Shown here piece by piece: positions 23,960-37,739 of a stretch of 64,000 bases of DNA. Position numbers and translations under genes: made by a program. The number at the start of each line of letters is the position of its first letter. Positions within the stretch are counted from its first letter, which is position 1. Origin of the DNA: Paragordius varius (Eukaryota > Animalia > Nematomorpha); NCBI GenBank assembly GCA_964247055.1, contig OZ176057.1, positions 1,798,001-1,862,000 on the forward strand, written 5' to 3'. The notes under the pieces were generated by a model. That model saw only the letters and a list, made by a program, of their open reading frames with translations. It had not been told where the DNA came from and ran no database searches.

Positions 23960-25445
23960 GTTGGACATTAAAAACATTTTTTTGGTGGAGGTTAACAAAA
24001 AAAAGATTAATAAATTTTCAGTTTTTTCCTGTGATAAAAACTTTTTTATACACAAAACGAAAAATGAATTATATTAATTAGAATTTCACGCTTTTTGCCT
24101 ATAACTCTTTATGTTTTATAGGTTATGGATAATCGAAAAAAAATCGTAGAATACAATTAAATAAAAATAACTCACTAAAAGTAGGACGTGTAGTAGTACC
24201 GAATTCTCCTAAAATGGAAAAAAATTAACAAATATAAAATATAAAAATACAATTTCCAAAATTTTAATGTTGTTTTTATTACTTACCAACTGGTATTTTT
24301 AGGGAGAATCTGATAGGATTGTCTTCTAAAATAAAATTTATCCAATTATAACAGGTCAATATAATTTGATAAGCTAAGAAGAGAGGCCAGTTTTGGATAT
24401 TTTGCAAAACATTATATTATACCGGCGCGTCTATATATAGGGGCTATTGGAAAACAGTAAGTCGATAATGTTCGGCTCATTCGTACATAAATATTGAACC
24501 TGAAAGGGTTTACAGGTTTTCCGGAAAATTGTTTCAAAAATACTATGTATAAGGTTTTTAATTTTCAATAACCTCATTTTACGGATCTTAACCATAGGGC
24601 TTATTCAAGGTAGACCGAATATAATCGGCAAATTTATGAATGAATAATAATTTTTCACTTCTGCAAAATTGTATCAAACCCAACATTCTTATAGATAAAA
24701 AAACGTATAACGGATAAAAATTTTTGATTTGAACTTATATATATTTTTGATTCTATGATTTTTATGTAAAAAAATTATCTAATTAATCATAAACAATATT
24801 TATGATTCTTAAAACAATATTTTTGAATGTTTTTTACAACAACATTTAATATTGATTAAGTTTAATAAAAAATTTTATTAAATATAATTTTACTATATAA
24901 ATAATAGTTAGACATTAAAAATATTTTTTGGTGAAAACCGTAAGTAAAAAAATAAAATAATTTATTAATTTTCAATTTTTCCTGTATCAAAAATTTGGTT
25001 ACGCACAAAACGCAAATTAATGAATATTATTAGTAATTAGAATTTCACGCTTTTTTTCCTAAAAACTTTTTTGTTAAAGGGTTATGGATGTTGTGATAAA
25101 TGGAAAAATTCGTAGAATGCAATTAAATAAAATATAACTCACTAAAAGTAGGACGGAAAGTAGTGGCGGATTTCTCTTCTAAAATTAAAAAACAAATATA
25201 AAAATACAATTTCCAAAATGTTAATGTTGTTTTTATTACTTACCAAATGGTATTTTTAAGAAGACTTTGATAGGATGGTCTTCTAAAATAAAAATTATCC
25301 AATTATAACAGGTCAATATAATTTGATAAACTAAGAGGACAGGCCAGTTTTGGATATTTTGCGAAAAATTTACTACAATACATGGGCATATGAAAATTAA
25401 AACTTAGCCCAAACTAATACACTTTAATTTTGAAATCTAAGCACT
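23960..25445 (+). repeat. Family B, head-to-tail tandem (3' half 23960-24410 plus ~1-kb unit 24410-25445)
   Basis: The segment TTGGACATTAAAAA...GGCCAGTTTTGGATATTTTGC occurs at 23960-24410 and again at 24910-25365. Confidence 0.75.
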
Positions 25446-26495
25446 ACTAATGCAAATTACTAATAATGTAATAGTTATGAAATATTCAACCCATATCTTT
25501 ATAGGAGAAGTTATGAATTTAAAGTATCTAAAATACATTTTAATGCTTGCACCACAAAGACATAGAAATAGAAACGGGTTAAAGTCTATATAACACGATT
25601 TTCCAGTGCAAAAAAATGGTCAAGCACCCGAAATCTGTGTAAGATAATGCTATGAATAAAGGGCAGAAAGAGGTTTATCCATGACTGAATGTTTGCCTTC
25701 TTGCAAATGAAAAACTCACCTGAACTTGCAGCAAGTTTGTATATATACCCTTAAAAACAAAGGATGGCCCAAATCCTAACTTAAATGTAACGGATAGGGG
25801 ATCTGCATTGCGTTAAAATAAAGATGCAAAAGTTTTGGATGCTATATGGCTCGGGTTCCCTTATTGTTAATCATCCTCGATGCCAGAAAAAAAGGATTGT
25901 CCAAAACAGAATACTGATAAAGTTAGTTATAATAATAATAGGATGAAATATGTGGGAAATAAAAATTGTGCTCATTTTATGTGTTATAAATTTGGATGGA
26001 ATTGGATTAAGGTAAACACGCATCTCTAATACATTATCATATTTGTGAATAAATTTTCGGTCTTTTTTCTCGTTTGACAATAAGGTGTCTTAAATGGAGT
26101 CAAGAGCAAATGTATCCTAAAAAATTAAAAAATGATAGGTACTATGGCTTAAAATTACGGAAGAAAATACGGTATTCAAAACAATAAATCCGACGAAAAA
26201 AACTGTCGGGTTAATTGTAGTAAATATTAAATGATCAAAATCTTAAGACTTTAATGAACCTAAATGCTTGGGTAGCTAAACATAGCCACAACCCATTAAA
26301 TCCAATGTATAGCTAAACACATATCAAAAATTTAAATTAATTAAGTCCGAAATTATGAGTATATGAAAAAACATAGGATGTTTAAAAGAATATCCCAACA
26401 ACTGACGACTGTGATTAGAGGCAAGCTCTAGAAGAAAACGATATTAGAGACTTATGCAACATAAAAATTGTGCAAAAATTAGAGTAACTACCGAA
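25445..26495. repeat. Segmental duplication, copy X (partner ~30325-31755)
   Basis: Colinear match to 30330-31200 and 31670-31755. It continues the family B match 24900-25445 vs 28540-29180. Confidence 0.85.
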
Positions 26496-28289
26496 ATTCC
26501 AAAACATCAAAAGGGTAAAAAGCGCTTTAACGACATTAGACAATCATCAACTAACCTAATGGAAACATTAGAAACGAGTTAACATATTCTTTTGAGCTAT
26601 GCTGGGACGATAATTTTTTTATCTAGGAAAGGAAACCCATGTAAATGAAAATAAACACATTCATTAGGAGGCAGAGAGGCATTAATACCTATATTGTTTT
26701 CATTTACAGAGACTCCCTATTAGCTAAGATTAAGTTGAATATCCATCATTATCCTATTTAAATCTTCGCACATATTCTGTACAAATAAGATATCGTTTAT
26801 TTTATCAGAATCAAACTTAATGATATTATTTTTACACAACTTAAGTTGACACAAAAAATATTAAATGTTATAATATTTTAACATTTATAACAGACACAAT
26901 CACCCTTATTCAGCTATAATAATAACATCTATATGCCCAATATTAACTTATTAAAATTTTTGATGCTAAACTAACATATGGAAATTATAAAAATTAAAAT
27001 AAGCCTTAATTTGTATCAGCAGTTTTGAAAGTAACACGCGCCTGCTTAGGGCTGACAAATTTATATAATAATTCCAGAGTTTCTGGTTAGATTCCAGGTT
27101 CTTATCCACTATACTTCAAAGATAAGTAAATGATAATAACTATATGAGGGATAATTTAAATGGCTCAATTAGTTGTTTTTACATGCATTTCTTAAACATA
27201 TGAATTTGAATTAGCTTAAACTTACCGTTAAAAGGAGTGGATGTATTCGTATCTATCAAAATTCAACATGTTATAATTTATAAATGTTTAATTTTTATAT
27301 TGTTTTAATTGTTTACCATATGGTTTGGATACAATTCTATGTTCGTCTTCTTTATGTTTACGGGAATCTAAAAAATATATAATAAAATATTTAGTCATTA
27401 AAAGTGTCTTGCTTGACGTTTGATATATTATTAATTGAATTTAATGGTTAGTTTGACTAAATCTTAGTTACATAAACTTTTATTTTTTAAAGACTTTTAT
27501 GAGTTTCGTAACATACTAACCTCAGATGTGTAAATAAAAATATTAAATTCTTTCTTAAATTTTAAAGTTACTAAATAATATTTTTTCGATTGCGATTATT
27601 CAAGTTTAACTAAATACTAGAAAATATTTTAAATTGAAAACTTGAAAATTGGTTATTACAATTAGCATACCAATTTAGTGTTTTAATAAAAAACTTATAT
27701 ACTAAATGTAATTTATTTATAAGTCTTTTTAATTGCAATAATATCACAATAACATTTGAGCGTAAACATTATTATCCAAGATTATAACAGTTTTCTAATT
27801 AGGTTTTAAAAACCTAATAAAACAGACCACCGATACTTAAATCAATAAATATATTAAATTTGCTGCTATTTAAAAGTTTTTTAATTAGCACATTTAGAAA
27901 TTTATTCTGCCTGAGATGCAATGAGTAAAAGTAAAAAAATAAAATTTTGAAATAAGATTTTTAGGAATTATATTTTAAATATTTTTTATAGAATTGTTCA
28001 CCTAAAAAGCTGCCGTATTTTCTAATTCCCAATTCTATTACTTTAAATATGAAAATAGATCTAGATAACACTAAAAAATGTTTAATAATAAAAAAAACTA
28101 TGGTATTCTGTTTCAAAATATAGATAGCGCAAAATAAACAAACAATTGTTACATAATTTTGGTTGTAAGTTAAAGGATGATTTAAGAGATAGTTAGTCTA
28201 CTTCTGTTAAATTAATCTTATAATGCAAACCATCGATAAAATAAAAAATATTTTCTTTAATGGCATAGGCGTATATTAGTGTTACAGAC

Positions 28290-29180
28290 ACGTAACTTAA
28301 ATATAAGGGGGTTTACAGGTTTTTGAGAAAATTGTTTCAAACACACTATTTATGAGGACTTAAATTTAAAAAAACTTTATTTTACGGATTTTGATTATAA
28401 GCAACATTCTTATAGATAAAAAAACGTATAACGGAAAAGGTCGAATATAAATTTTATTAACGTTTTTTACAACAATACACAATATAAATGTAATTTTTAT
28501 AAAAAATTTTTAGTAAATATAATTTTACTAAATGGATAATAGTTGGACATTAAAAATATTTCTTTGGTGAAGAGTAAGAAAAATAAGTAAAAAAATTTTC
28601 AGTTTTTCCTGTAACAAAAACTTTTTTATACACAAAACGAAATAAAAATTAAATATATTATATTAATTAGAATTTCACGCTTTTTCCCTAAAAACTTTTT
28701 ATGTTAAAGGGTGGATGTTGTGATAAATGAAATTCGTATGCAATTAAATAAAATATAACTTACTAAAAGTACGGATAGTAGTACCGGATTCTCCTAAAAT
28801 AAAAAAATAATTAAAGATAAAATATAAAAATGGATGTTGTGATAAATGAAATTCGTAGAATGCAATTAAATAAAATATAACTTACTAAAAGTACGGATAG
28901 TAGTACCGGATTCTCCTAAAATAAAAAAATAATTAAAGATAGAAAATACAATTTTTAAAATGTTGATGTTGTTTTTACTTACCTAATGGTAGTTTTAGGG
29001 GGAATTTGAAAGGATATTCTTCCAAAATAAAAATATTCAATTATAACAGGTCAGTATAATTTGATAAACTAAGAAGACAGGCCAGTTTTGGATATTTTGC
29101 AAATGATTTACTATACATGGGCATATGAGAAGTAAAACCTAGCCCAAACTAATACATTTAAATTTTGAAATCTAAGCACT
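28290..29180 (+). repeat. Family B copy with an internal ~119-bp tandem duplication (28713-28940)
   Basis: Aligns with 24500-25445. GGATGTTGTGATAAATGAAATTCGTA is repeated at 28713 and 28832. Confidence 0.75.
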
Positions 29181-29620
29181 GTCACAAAATCAAAAAAATA
29201 CTTAAAGAAAAACACACAATAATATTTAAACCATTAAATAATATCTATAAATTATTAAATTCACAGAAAAAGGATCCTAGTTCTCAATGTGTAATATATA
29301 AAATTGAATGTCAAGACTGCGACAGTGTATACATAGGACAAATAAAAAGAGGACTAGATGTTCGGATGAAAGAACATAGAACGGCATTTAACAAGAATAA
29401 AACAAATGATTCGGCTTTGGCATATCATGCCTTTAAACAAACATAAAATAAACTGGGATGACGAAGTTGTCGATAAAGAAGAAAATAAAACAAAAAGAAT
29501 ATTAAAGGAAAGTTTTTATATTAACAAAGAAGAAAATATAATGAACAGAAAGAAAGATCTAAAGAATATAAACCTTACAAACTTATTTCTTAACACTTCG
29601 ATTCAAATTGGGGTATCTAA
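29180..29620 (+). mobile_element. Penelope-like element, GIY-YIG endonuclease 3' fragment
   Basis: VIYKIECQDCDSVYIGQIKRGLDVRMKEH...SALAYH, then (frameshift) HKINWD...ENKTKRILKESFYI. It is absent from duplication copy X, so it is an insertion. Confidence 0.85.
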
Positions 29621-30324
29621 ATAAGCCAGACTAAATTTGAGTTGGGATTTTTAAAAAACTACTGAAGGAAACGGACCCAATTTAAATTTATGCTTGTATC
29701 CTAATAAAAATTATATAAAAATGCCAAATATTTAAATCAAATTTTGTTTTGAAAAAAAAGTTTTTATGTCAAACTACTTCGACGCCATTTTTATTTTACA
29801 AAATTTTTGCAAAATATTGTCTTCATTTAATTTTAAGGGTAAAATTAAAGCTAAATTATTTAAATTAATCTAACATCGATAGAATTAGAGAAGATTTATT
29901 TTGTATTATTTTTCAATTTAACCATTGCACACATGTCACGTTGACTAAATTTTTACCTTTCCATTTTAACTTAAATTAAGTAATATCAAGTATTTATCAA
30001 TAAAAATTTTTATATATCGGTTTATTAATGTTATATAAGTGCAAATTCCTATGCTTTCGATTCCTTCCATATTTTTTAAAAATAATTTTAACTTGGGTGT
30101 TAAACTACCCCAATTTGAATTGAAGGACTAAAATGAATGTGTTGTATCCAAGTGTTAACAATACACACATGCTTTTTTAGTTTTATATCTCATTAAATAT
30201 TTATACTTTATACTTTAAAGTTTAGTTTATATTTTAATTTTATTTTTTACTAAAAAGATAACTCGTAGTAATCGAAAATTTATAATAAATTTATATAATT
30301 TTAGCTGAATTATAATTGCAATAA

Positions 30325-31755
30325 TACTACTACAATTTACATCATTGTTAATGTAATAATTATGAAAAATACGACCCATATGTTTATAAAAAAAGTTAAT
30401 ATAAAGTATCTAAAATACATTTTGATGCTTGCACAAAGATTTAGACATAGAAACGGGTTAAATCTATATAACATGATTTTCCAGAGCAAAAAAAATGGTC
30501 AAGCACCCGAAATCTGTGTAAGATAATGCTATGAATAAAGGGCAGAAAGAGGTTTATCCGTGACTGAATGTTTGCCTTCTTGCAAACCTAAATGTAACCT
30601 GAACTTGCAGCAAGTTTGTATATAACCTTAAACAAAGGACGGCCCAAATCCTAACTAAATTGTAACGGGTTAAGGATAGAGCCATTGTGTTAAAAATAAA
30701 GAAGCAAAAGTTTTGGATGCTATATGGCTCGGGTTCCCTTATTGTTAATCATCATAGATGCCTGAAAAAGAGGATTGTCTAAAAAAGAATACTGCTGAAG
30801 TAGGTTATAATAGTAATAGGATGAAAAAATGTGGGAATAGATTGTTGATCCTATTATGTGTTATAAATTTGGATGGAATTGGATTAAAATAAACACGCTA
30901 ATATATTATCATATTTGGTAATGAATTTTCAGTCTTTTCTCTTATTAAACAATAAGGTGCCTAAAATGCAGTCAAGAGCCAATGTAGCCTAGAAAATTAA
31001 ATCTGATAGGTATTATGGCTAAAAATTACGGAATAGGTGATAAAACACGGTATTTAAAGCCCATAAATCCGACGAAAAAAACTGTCAGCTAAATTGTAGA
31101 TATTATTAATGACCAAGACCTTAAGACTTTAAAGAAGCTAAATCCTTGGGTAGCAAACCATAGCCAGAAACCCATTAAATAATCCAAAGTAGAGATAAAC
31201 ACAACATTTTGGTCTTAGACTATAAGGATAGTAAATTTTAAAAACAAGGATGTCCATGACCCTTAACTACAAACGACAACTCTTCAAATCATCATGCATA
31301 TCCATTTATTGTAGGCATATAAATACCCCTTAAACTCTTGTGATAATCATTTATATTTATTTATATATAAATCCATATTCTAGCAAAAAAATATAACTAA
31401 TTACCTTTTTACCCAGGTGCTGATAACTATTAAAACATCCAATTCAATTAAGAGTTTCAACGCCCTCATAAATTACATAACTTGTCAAAAACTAAACAGT
31501 TCATATCGTTAAAAAAATGTATACATTACTCTACGATAAAAGCCATCACATACTGCTCAAAACATTTTTTGGTCAAAAACTTAAATTAATTAATTACAGT
31601 CCAAAATTATAGATTGAAAGTATATGTATCGAAATAATAAAAAATATGATGGTTAAAACAATACACCAACAACTGACGACTGTGATTAGAGGCAAGCCTT
31701 AGAAGAAAAGTGTTGCGCAAACAGAAAAATTGTGTAAAAATTAGAGTACCTATAA
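30325..31755. repeat. Segmental duplication, copy Y
   Basis: Partner of 25445-26495, with extra sequence at ~31200-31670. Confidence 0.8.
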
Positions 31756-31873
31756 ACATAACCCTCTCGTTAGCTAGCACAACAAATATCATATATTTTC
31801 TATCATAAATATTTTAAAATTTATTAAAGCTCTCGATTTTCTGCATGATATCAATGGTAATGTCTAAGCACTA

Positions 31874-32153
31874 CAGTAAAAACTGAAATTATACGGATAA
31901 AATGTTAAAATATAAAGATAAATATTTTTTTTTATGAAAACTATTTTTAAACCTTAAATTTTCTCATATAAATTATATAACTACAATTTTAAAATATATG
32001 GTGTCACCACTATAGGTATTATTATTTTAATATGGAATTTGAAACAATGATTTATATTTAAAAAAATCAGCTAAGAAAAGTATGGTTGTCTTTTGAAAAA
32101 AAATTTTGTCTTTATATTTTAACGTTTTGTCCTTATAATTTTAGTTTTTACTG
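31874..32153. mobile_element. Tc1/mariner(pogo)-type MITE, 280 bp
   Basis: TA|CAGTAAAAACTGAAATTATA...TATAATTTTAGTTTTTACTG|TA, with ~70-bp imperfect TIRs and TA on both sides. Confidence 0.75.
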
Positions 32154-33609
32154 TAATATATAGAATAAAATCATATTATTAAATAGCGATTTGGCAAAAA
32201 AAATGTATTGTGCCCTATTGCGGTAGAATAAAAGATTTTTCGATATTTAATTTTTAATGCCAAATATTACATAATGTCAAAGAGCTGAAACTATATATGT
32301 AAACCATGACATCTAAACCATTCACGATTAATATCAAATAATGTATCGTAAAAACTAATGTTAAAATAGGAGAATTTTTTATTTAATTAAATAACCGTTT
32401 GTTACCTTACATACCCTAATGTCTAAAAAAAAAACTAAAAGAAAAAAATTTATTACGGGTTACTATAAAGAATTGTTAAAAACGCAAAACTAGTTTTACA
32501 AAAAGGATAAAAAATAAATGATATATACCAGATGGATATGATATTTTGTTTTTTCCAACGGGCAATTTGTCGGGTATCACTTCATCCACTACAAATTAAA
32601 AAAGTATAAATTCTGGATTCAAGTATTTTACATATAAATATTTTAATATTAAATATTAATATAATTTGAATTGTAAAAAGAGCCTGTATTGTATTTTTAT
32701 GCAGCAATGATAATTTTAAATAATTCAACTTAGCACAAATTTTGGGGTATAATTTGTTCACTACTTTATTTTGTATTTATATTAAATAAAGGTAATTTAG
32801 CATATAGTTTAAAACATTAAAATATTTATAAAAGAAAATAATATAATCTTTAATTTCATTACTTAAATCAAGTCGAAACAAACAGATGATGCCGTAAATG
32901 CTCCCATAATTTTTTTTGAATAAATAGTAATTTTTAAATATTTTATATAATGTATATTTTATAATCATTTTTAAGAGAGTAAAATTTTTGGCGGTGAAAG
33001 TTTAGAGATTATTTTCTTACCAATTAAATTATTGCGCCTTATTCGCAGAATGCTATTTATTAAATGCCAATCCCAGATATGTATTTAATTTTTTGGTGCA
33101 AAATTACTTTAAAATAAGATATGATTTGATGAAATTTGGGTGTCTTAAGTATGTTTTATATAAAAGGGGTACAAAGATAAACACATTTGTTAAATAATAT
33201 ATTTACATTAATAGTGAGGCACAGATAAAAGTATTATAAACGTTGCATAATAGGTTATAAAAATCTACATTTATATCTAACCAAAATTTAACTTTATACA
33301 TTATCAAATGATTCCCATTTAAGAAAAAAACTGTTAAGGAAGCATATATTTAAAAAATGGCAATTACTTAAATATTAATTAAATAAAAAAACCGATCATA
33401 ATATCCATATTAAACGAAAAATGCCAATTTTCACTCACCAATAAAAATATTTCAATGGTAATAGTTCAAATATTAATCCAAAATTAATTGATATTTTTGT
33501 TTATACGAGGTCGGTCCAAAAAAAATCAAAACAATTTAAAACATATATGTTATTAGTCTAATAAATTTTTGATATAATGCATAATATTATAAACAAATAA
33601 AAATTTTAC

Positions 33610-33660
33610 AATGAGAGTGGGCCTTGAATGTTTGCCTCACACGACGTGGTGGACCTGCAG
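33610..33660 (-). CDS. 51-nt phase-1/1 exon (A)AGPPRRVRQTFKAHSH
   Basis: An isolated GC-rich island bounded exactly by TTTTTTACAG| and |GTAAAA. It is open and symmetric. Confidence 0.65.
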
Positions 33661-33893
33661 CTGTAAAAAAATAATAATATTAATTATTAATTTATATATG
33701 TTAGTATTATATCGAATTTCATAAATAAAACTAGCCATAGTCTGTAACAATTGCTTGTTTTATTTATAATTTTGTGTATCACAACAATTTAATATTTACA
33801 ACAGAATAAAATTATAATTCTATGTGACCCCTCTACCCCACGCTTTTATCTTTGCTATCTAAATGTTATTTTGCGACATTTGTTCGGTCATAC

Positions 33894-33932
33894 CCAAACA
33901 TTTTCGATTGACCATTATATGATTATTATCCC
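33894..33932 (-). CDS. Candidate 39-nt phase-1/1 exon (G)DNNHIMVNRKCL
   Basis: TATAAAG| and TTGG|GTATGA. It is open; the acceptor is only moderate. Confidence 0.3.
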
Positions 33933-34149
33933 CTTTATACAAGTTGTAAAAAATATATCTTCACCGTTTTTTTAATTTTATTGTACACAATAAACAAAAA
34001 TGATTTCAAATTCTTAATGGTCAGGCTATTTTTAAATATTATAAAACTTAAAAGAGAGATATTTTTGGTTAATTCAATATTTTAATTGGGTAGAATTTTT
34101 AATTAACATGTCAGTTTAATAAAGATTTGTCAGTAGAATTATTTTTTAC

Positions 34150-34232
34150 TCTGAAAACAAATCGACATAATCCGAATGCATACTCTGTTTTAGTCGATTC
34201 AATAATACCATTAAATTTTTCTAATATACATC
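34150..34232 (-). CDS. Candidate exon (G)CILEKFNGIIESTKTEYAFGLCRFVFR (or 24-nt symmetric form 34209-34232)
   Basis: AAATTTAG| acceptor, with alternative donors G|GTATTA and AGA|GTAAAA. It lies within the listed 83-aa ORF, and the residue spacing resembles the N-terminal half of a CUB domain. Confidence 0.3.
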
Positions 34233-35497
34233 CTAAATTTATAATAATGAAATAAAAATAATCGATAATTTGTGTTAATAACACCACGCAACAAATTATT
34301 CTGCCACCGATTTTGTATCTTTTAATATATAATTTTAACAGTAAATCTGAAATAAAAATCATAATATCACCTGAGAATTTTATATAATTGACTTTTTATG
34401 AATATGCGCTCTCTTTATAAAAATTTTACTAAATGTTTTTTTGAAAATAAACGATAGCCTATCAGTAATATATCATTGTCAGGAGAGGAATGAAAACTAA
34501 AATACATATTGATATGTTTTTCATCGATAGTTAATGGACATAAATTGACAAACCCGCAAAGTGGCGTTTCCGTTAATTAATATATTTTTTGAACTAATGG
34601 ATAAAAATGGCACAAACTTTGTGCAGCTAGCTATAATTATCTTAAAAGCAAAGTTTTTTTGATTAAATTATTTTTTGCTTTTATGTCATGCAAAACAGCC
34701 ATTTTAATTGTGTTTACTAATTTTACTATTATATAAATATGAATTAGTTACTTTAGCAAGCTTATAATTTTAAAATTTAAACTCTAGAATTTTAGTTTTG
34801 GGTATTTTTGATCTTTTATCCATTACATAATAAATTTACAGTTATAACTGTGCATTTTAGGATCCACTATATAATATAATTATGATATTATAATTTTAAG
34901 CATAAAAGCCAATTAAAAGCCTTTTCAATTTTTTTTTAAAATTCTAATGCAACCCTGATATATATTAATATAATATATATGATTTTTAAATTAGTTTGTT
35001 TGAGAAAAATTTTGACTATATGAAGACTAGTAACTTTAACATCAGATTGATTTAAATGACTAACTACGATTCGAAAAACAGTTTTTGCGCTCTTTTAAAG
35101 CATATAAAATAAATGGCTTTATAAATTATTAGATTATGATTGCGAGTTCAATATTAAATCGGGTCCAAAAGTTATAGAAAAACCCTAAATAAAAAAATTC
35201 TTATTAGACCAATTTTTTCAGTATTATTTATGTACTTTAATGAAATATTTTGAATTTACAGGAATAGCACTTAAAAAATTAAAGTTTGTTATTAATTTAA
35301 CGGTATAAAACAATTAACAATTTAATATAGATATAACAAATTAACATAAAATTTGAAGTATATTTTCTATATTTTTATATATTTATTTGGCATTTTTTAA
35401 TTTATTTACAGCCGCCCAAAATATTTTGGAGGGCCGCACGTGCTTTAATACTTTTAGCCCGATATAAAAAATGTTTAGATATCCCCAAAGAGAAAAT

Positions 35498-35570
35498 TAG
35501 AGGCGTAGCTGATGAGGGAAGGGGCTGCAATGGGCGCCATATTTAAAGGGGTGCCGGATAAAAATTAATT
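35498..35570 (+). mobile_element. Left part of a MITE related to 18099-18350, apparently split by the RTE insertion (right remnant ~36860-36930)
   Basis: TAGAGGCGTAGC...GGGG.GCCGGAT resembles 18099-18170. 36870-36925 weakly resembles 18284-18335. Confidence 0.4.
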
Positions 35571-35629
35571 TTATTATAAAAAATAGATATTAAGTTATTA
35601 TTTTATAAATCTATTATAATTTATATTTT

Positions 35630-36825
35630 AAAAAGGGTAATCCAGAACTGTGCGACAACTATACCATAGCGCTTCTTAACCAGTTGCCCAAAGTTTTCCT
35701 AAAAATAATTCAGGTTTGACTAAATACCATTCTTGACCCCGTATCTACGATACAAGTTTTTGAAAAGGAATGATGCGAGTTATGATGTGCAATAAGAATG
35801 GATACTAGAAAAACATATCCAATTCAACAAAGAGCTGCACATGTGATTTGTCGATATTTTCATAACATTTGATTCCGTCCAACACCATAAATTGCAAACA
35901 TCCCTAAAACAATATATTCTCAATTTACTTATATTCCACGGTTGTAGTATCTACACATAACGGCAAACCTGATTCAGTCGACTTGCGTTAAGGATGCGTT
36001 TTATCAATTCTTCTTAAAGCCTATTTCTAACGTATACTAAGAAATATGTCAGCCTGGCATCATCGTAGTATGAAACTTGCTCTGACCCGTTAATTTTAGG
36101 CAGATGACACAATTATATTTGTGGACAGTATAGACACATTATCCCAAATTCTGCATTTATTAATCGAATGCGATAAATACGGATTAAAAATTAACTTTGA
36201 AAAAACAAAATTAATATAAATCAACCCGGCTTAAACAACCACCTCAATAATCCTTAACGAAAATCAGATTAAAACAAATAGTTATATCTATTTGAGCAGT
36301 ATTATAATATCAACAACTCTACTTCAGAAAAAACACGAAGAATTCCCATTGCAAAAGCAGCTGCATTCAAATACAACAAGATTTGGACGTCGTAATTAAA
36401 AACCAAAATCAGATTAATCAAAGCAACCTCCACATTTCTATATGGGTGCGAAAGAGACTGAAAAATATGACGAACGATTAATAAATTCTTTCGAAATATA
36501 AGTTTGGAGGAAACTTCTCCTAACACAAGGATCAGACATAATTCTTTACTATTTTAAATAAAATAAATCCTGAAATGTAATACGCCAAAAACTACCTATT
36601 TTGGCCACATTATGAGATCTAATTCCCTTCAAAAGTCACTGATGCTGGGAAAAGTGAGTGGTGCTCGTAAAAAGGAAGAAGACGAACTCGTTGAAGGGTA
36701 ACGTCCTTCAAGAAACAAACCAAACATTAGCCGAACTAAACGCTAGATCTTGTAATCGTAATAAATGGAGAAAATATTATTCCTATATTGCACTTAGTCG
36801 GAATCGATTTTAGCAACAACAACAT
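35630..36825 (+). mobile_element. Degenerate 5'-truncated RTE-clade LINE
   Basis: KGNPELCDNY.IALLNQ, TFDSVQH, LR*GCVLS, ADDTIIF...KYGLKINFEKTK, FGHIMR and GKVSG..KK occur in order. The 3' end reads AGTCGGAATCGATT and has a (CAA)n tail. Confidence 0.85.
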
Positions 36826-37739
36826 AAAATCACCCATTTATGAGTACGGTTTGAGTTCGATTAAATTTTTGAAATGCAAGGGTTGAGTAGAGGAAGAGGA
36901 CTCCATACACGGACGCCAGAAAAGGGCCGAAATAGCGCATAATATGTTATTACCTTTAATATATATAATAACATATTTTATAAAATTCAATGCAGAAAAA
37001 ATTCATCGACTAAGTTGTTTAGGTGGTTTTAAAGGTGATTGTGATGATATATTTTGGCAACAATTTTGATTTTACCGTTAAAAAATAAATTATGAAGTCA
37101 AAACGTAAAAACTTAAACACATTTATTGCGAAGATAACGATTTTTAGGTTCATTTATTCCTATTATATTGGCTTGCAAAATGGGAACAGAGTTGTAAATC
37201 GGTAAAACTCTTGATCATATTCCAAGTCATATGAAAAAATTAGGGATCAAAAAAATATTTTTTTATATAAAAAAACATTAATCTTTTATTTTTTACCATT
37301 CTAACCGTAACCGGATTCACATGATACCGGAATGCGGTTTCGTAATAGCAGAGACCGTCGTTTTAAAAATTATTAGAAACCAACTCAATTCCGGTTCCAA
37401 CCGTCAGAAACTTAAATTCGATTCCACAGTCCAAATAGGTGGCTCCCATATTTTTTCGATAAAGGATTTAATTTTTTTGTTTAAAAAACTTTAAAATTAA
37501 ATATTTAAACAATGCACTTAGAAGCAGTCATGTCGCCCTCAACTTTTCTTGATCATACAGAGTTTAACTTTTATGGTATTACCTTAAATAAAATTATTAA
37601 AAAATGACGCATATTATACTAATATTTTTAATAAAAACCATGTCATTAAAATATAATAAAATAATTAAAAATCAATGCTTATTTTTAATATTAATTTTAA
37701 ATATAAATTTTAATATATAGGCTCCAATGGCCAATATTT

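Noticed and set aside
18865-25710. Stop-codon reassignment (several coding-like frames interrupted only by TAA)
   Set aside because: TAA is the commonest stop by chance in AT-rich DNA, the numbers are small, the 2287 exon ends naturally at TAA, and the array exons use CAA/CAG for Gln.
25701-25720. 20-nt GT..AG micro-intron on the minus strand in both duplication copies
   Set aside because: Splicing does not give a frame conserved in both copies.
28002-28034. 33-nt symmetric exon candidate LGIRKYGSFL
   Set aside because: Joining it to the 33610 exon creates TAA at the junction, the acceptor is weak, and such short matches arise by chance.
29645-29675. Hammerhead ribozyme after the Penelope fragment (CTGAAGGA...)
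   Set aside because: No GAAA core follows, and the sequence is explained as an inverted family C copy.
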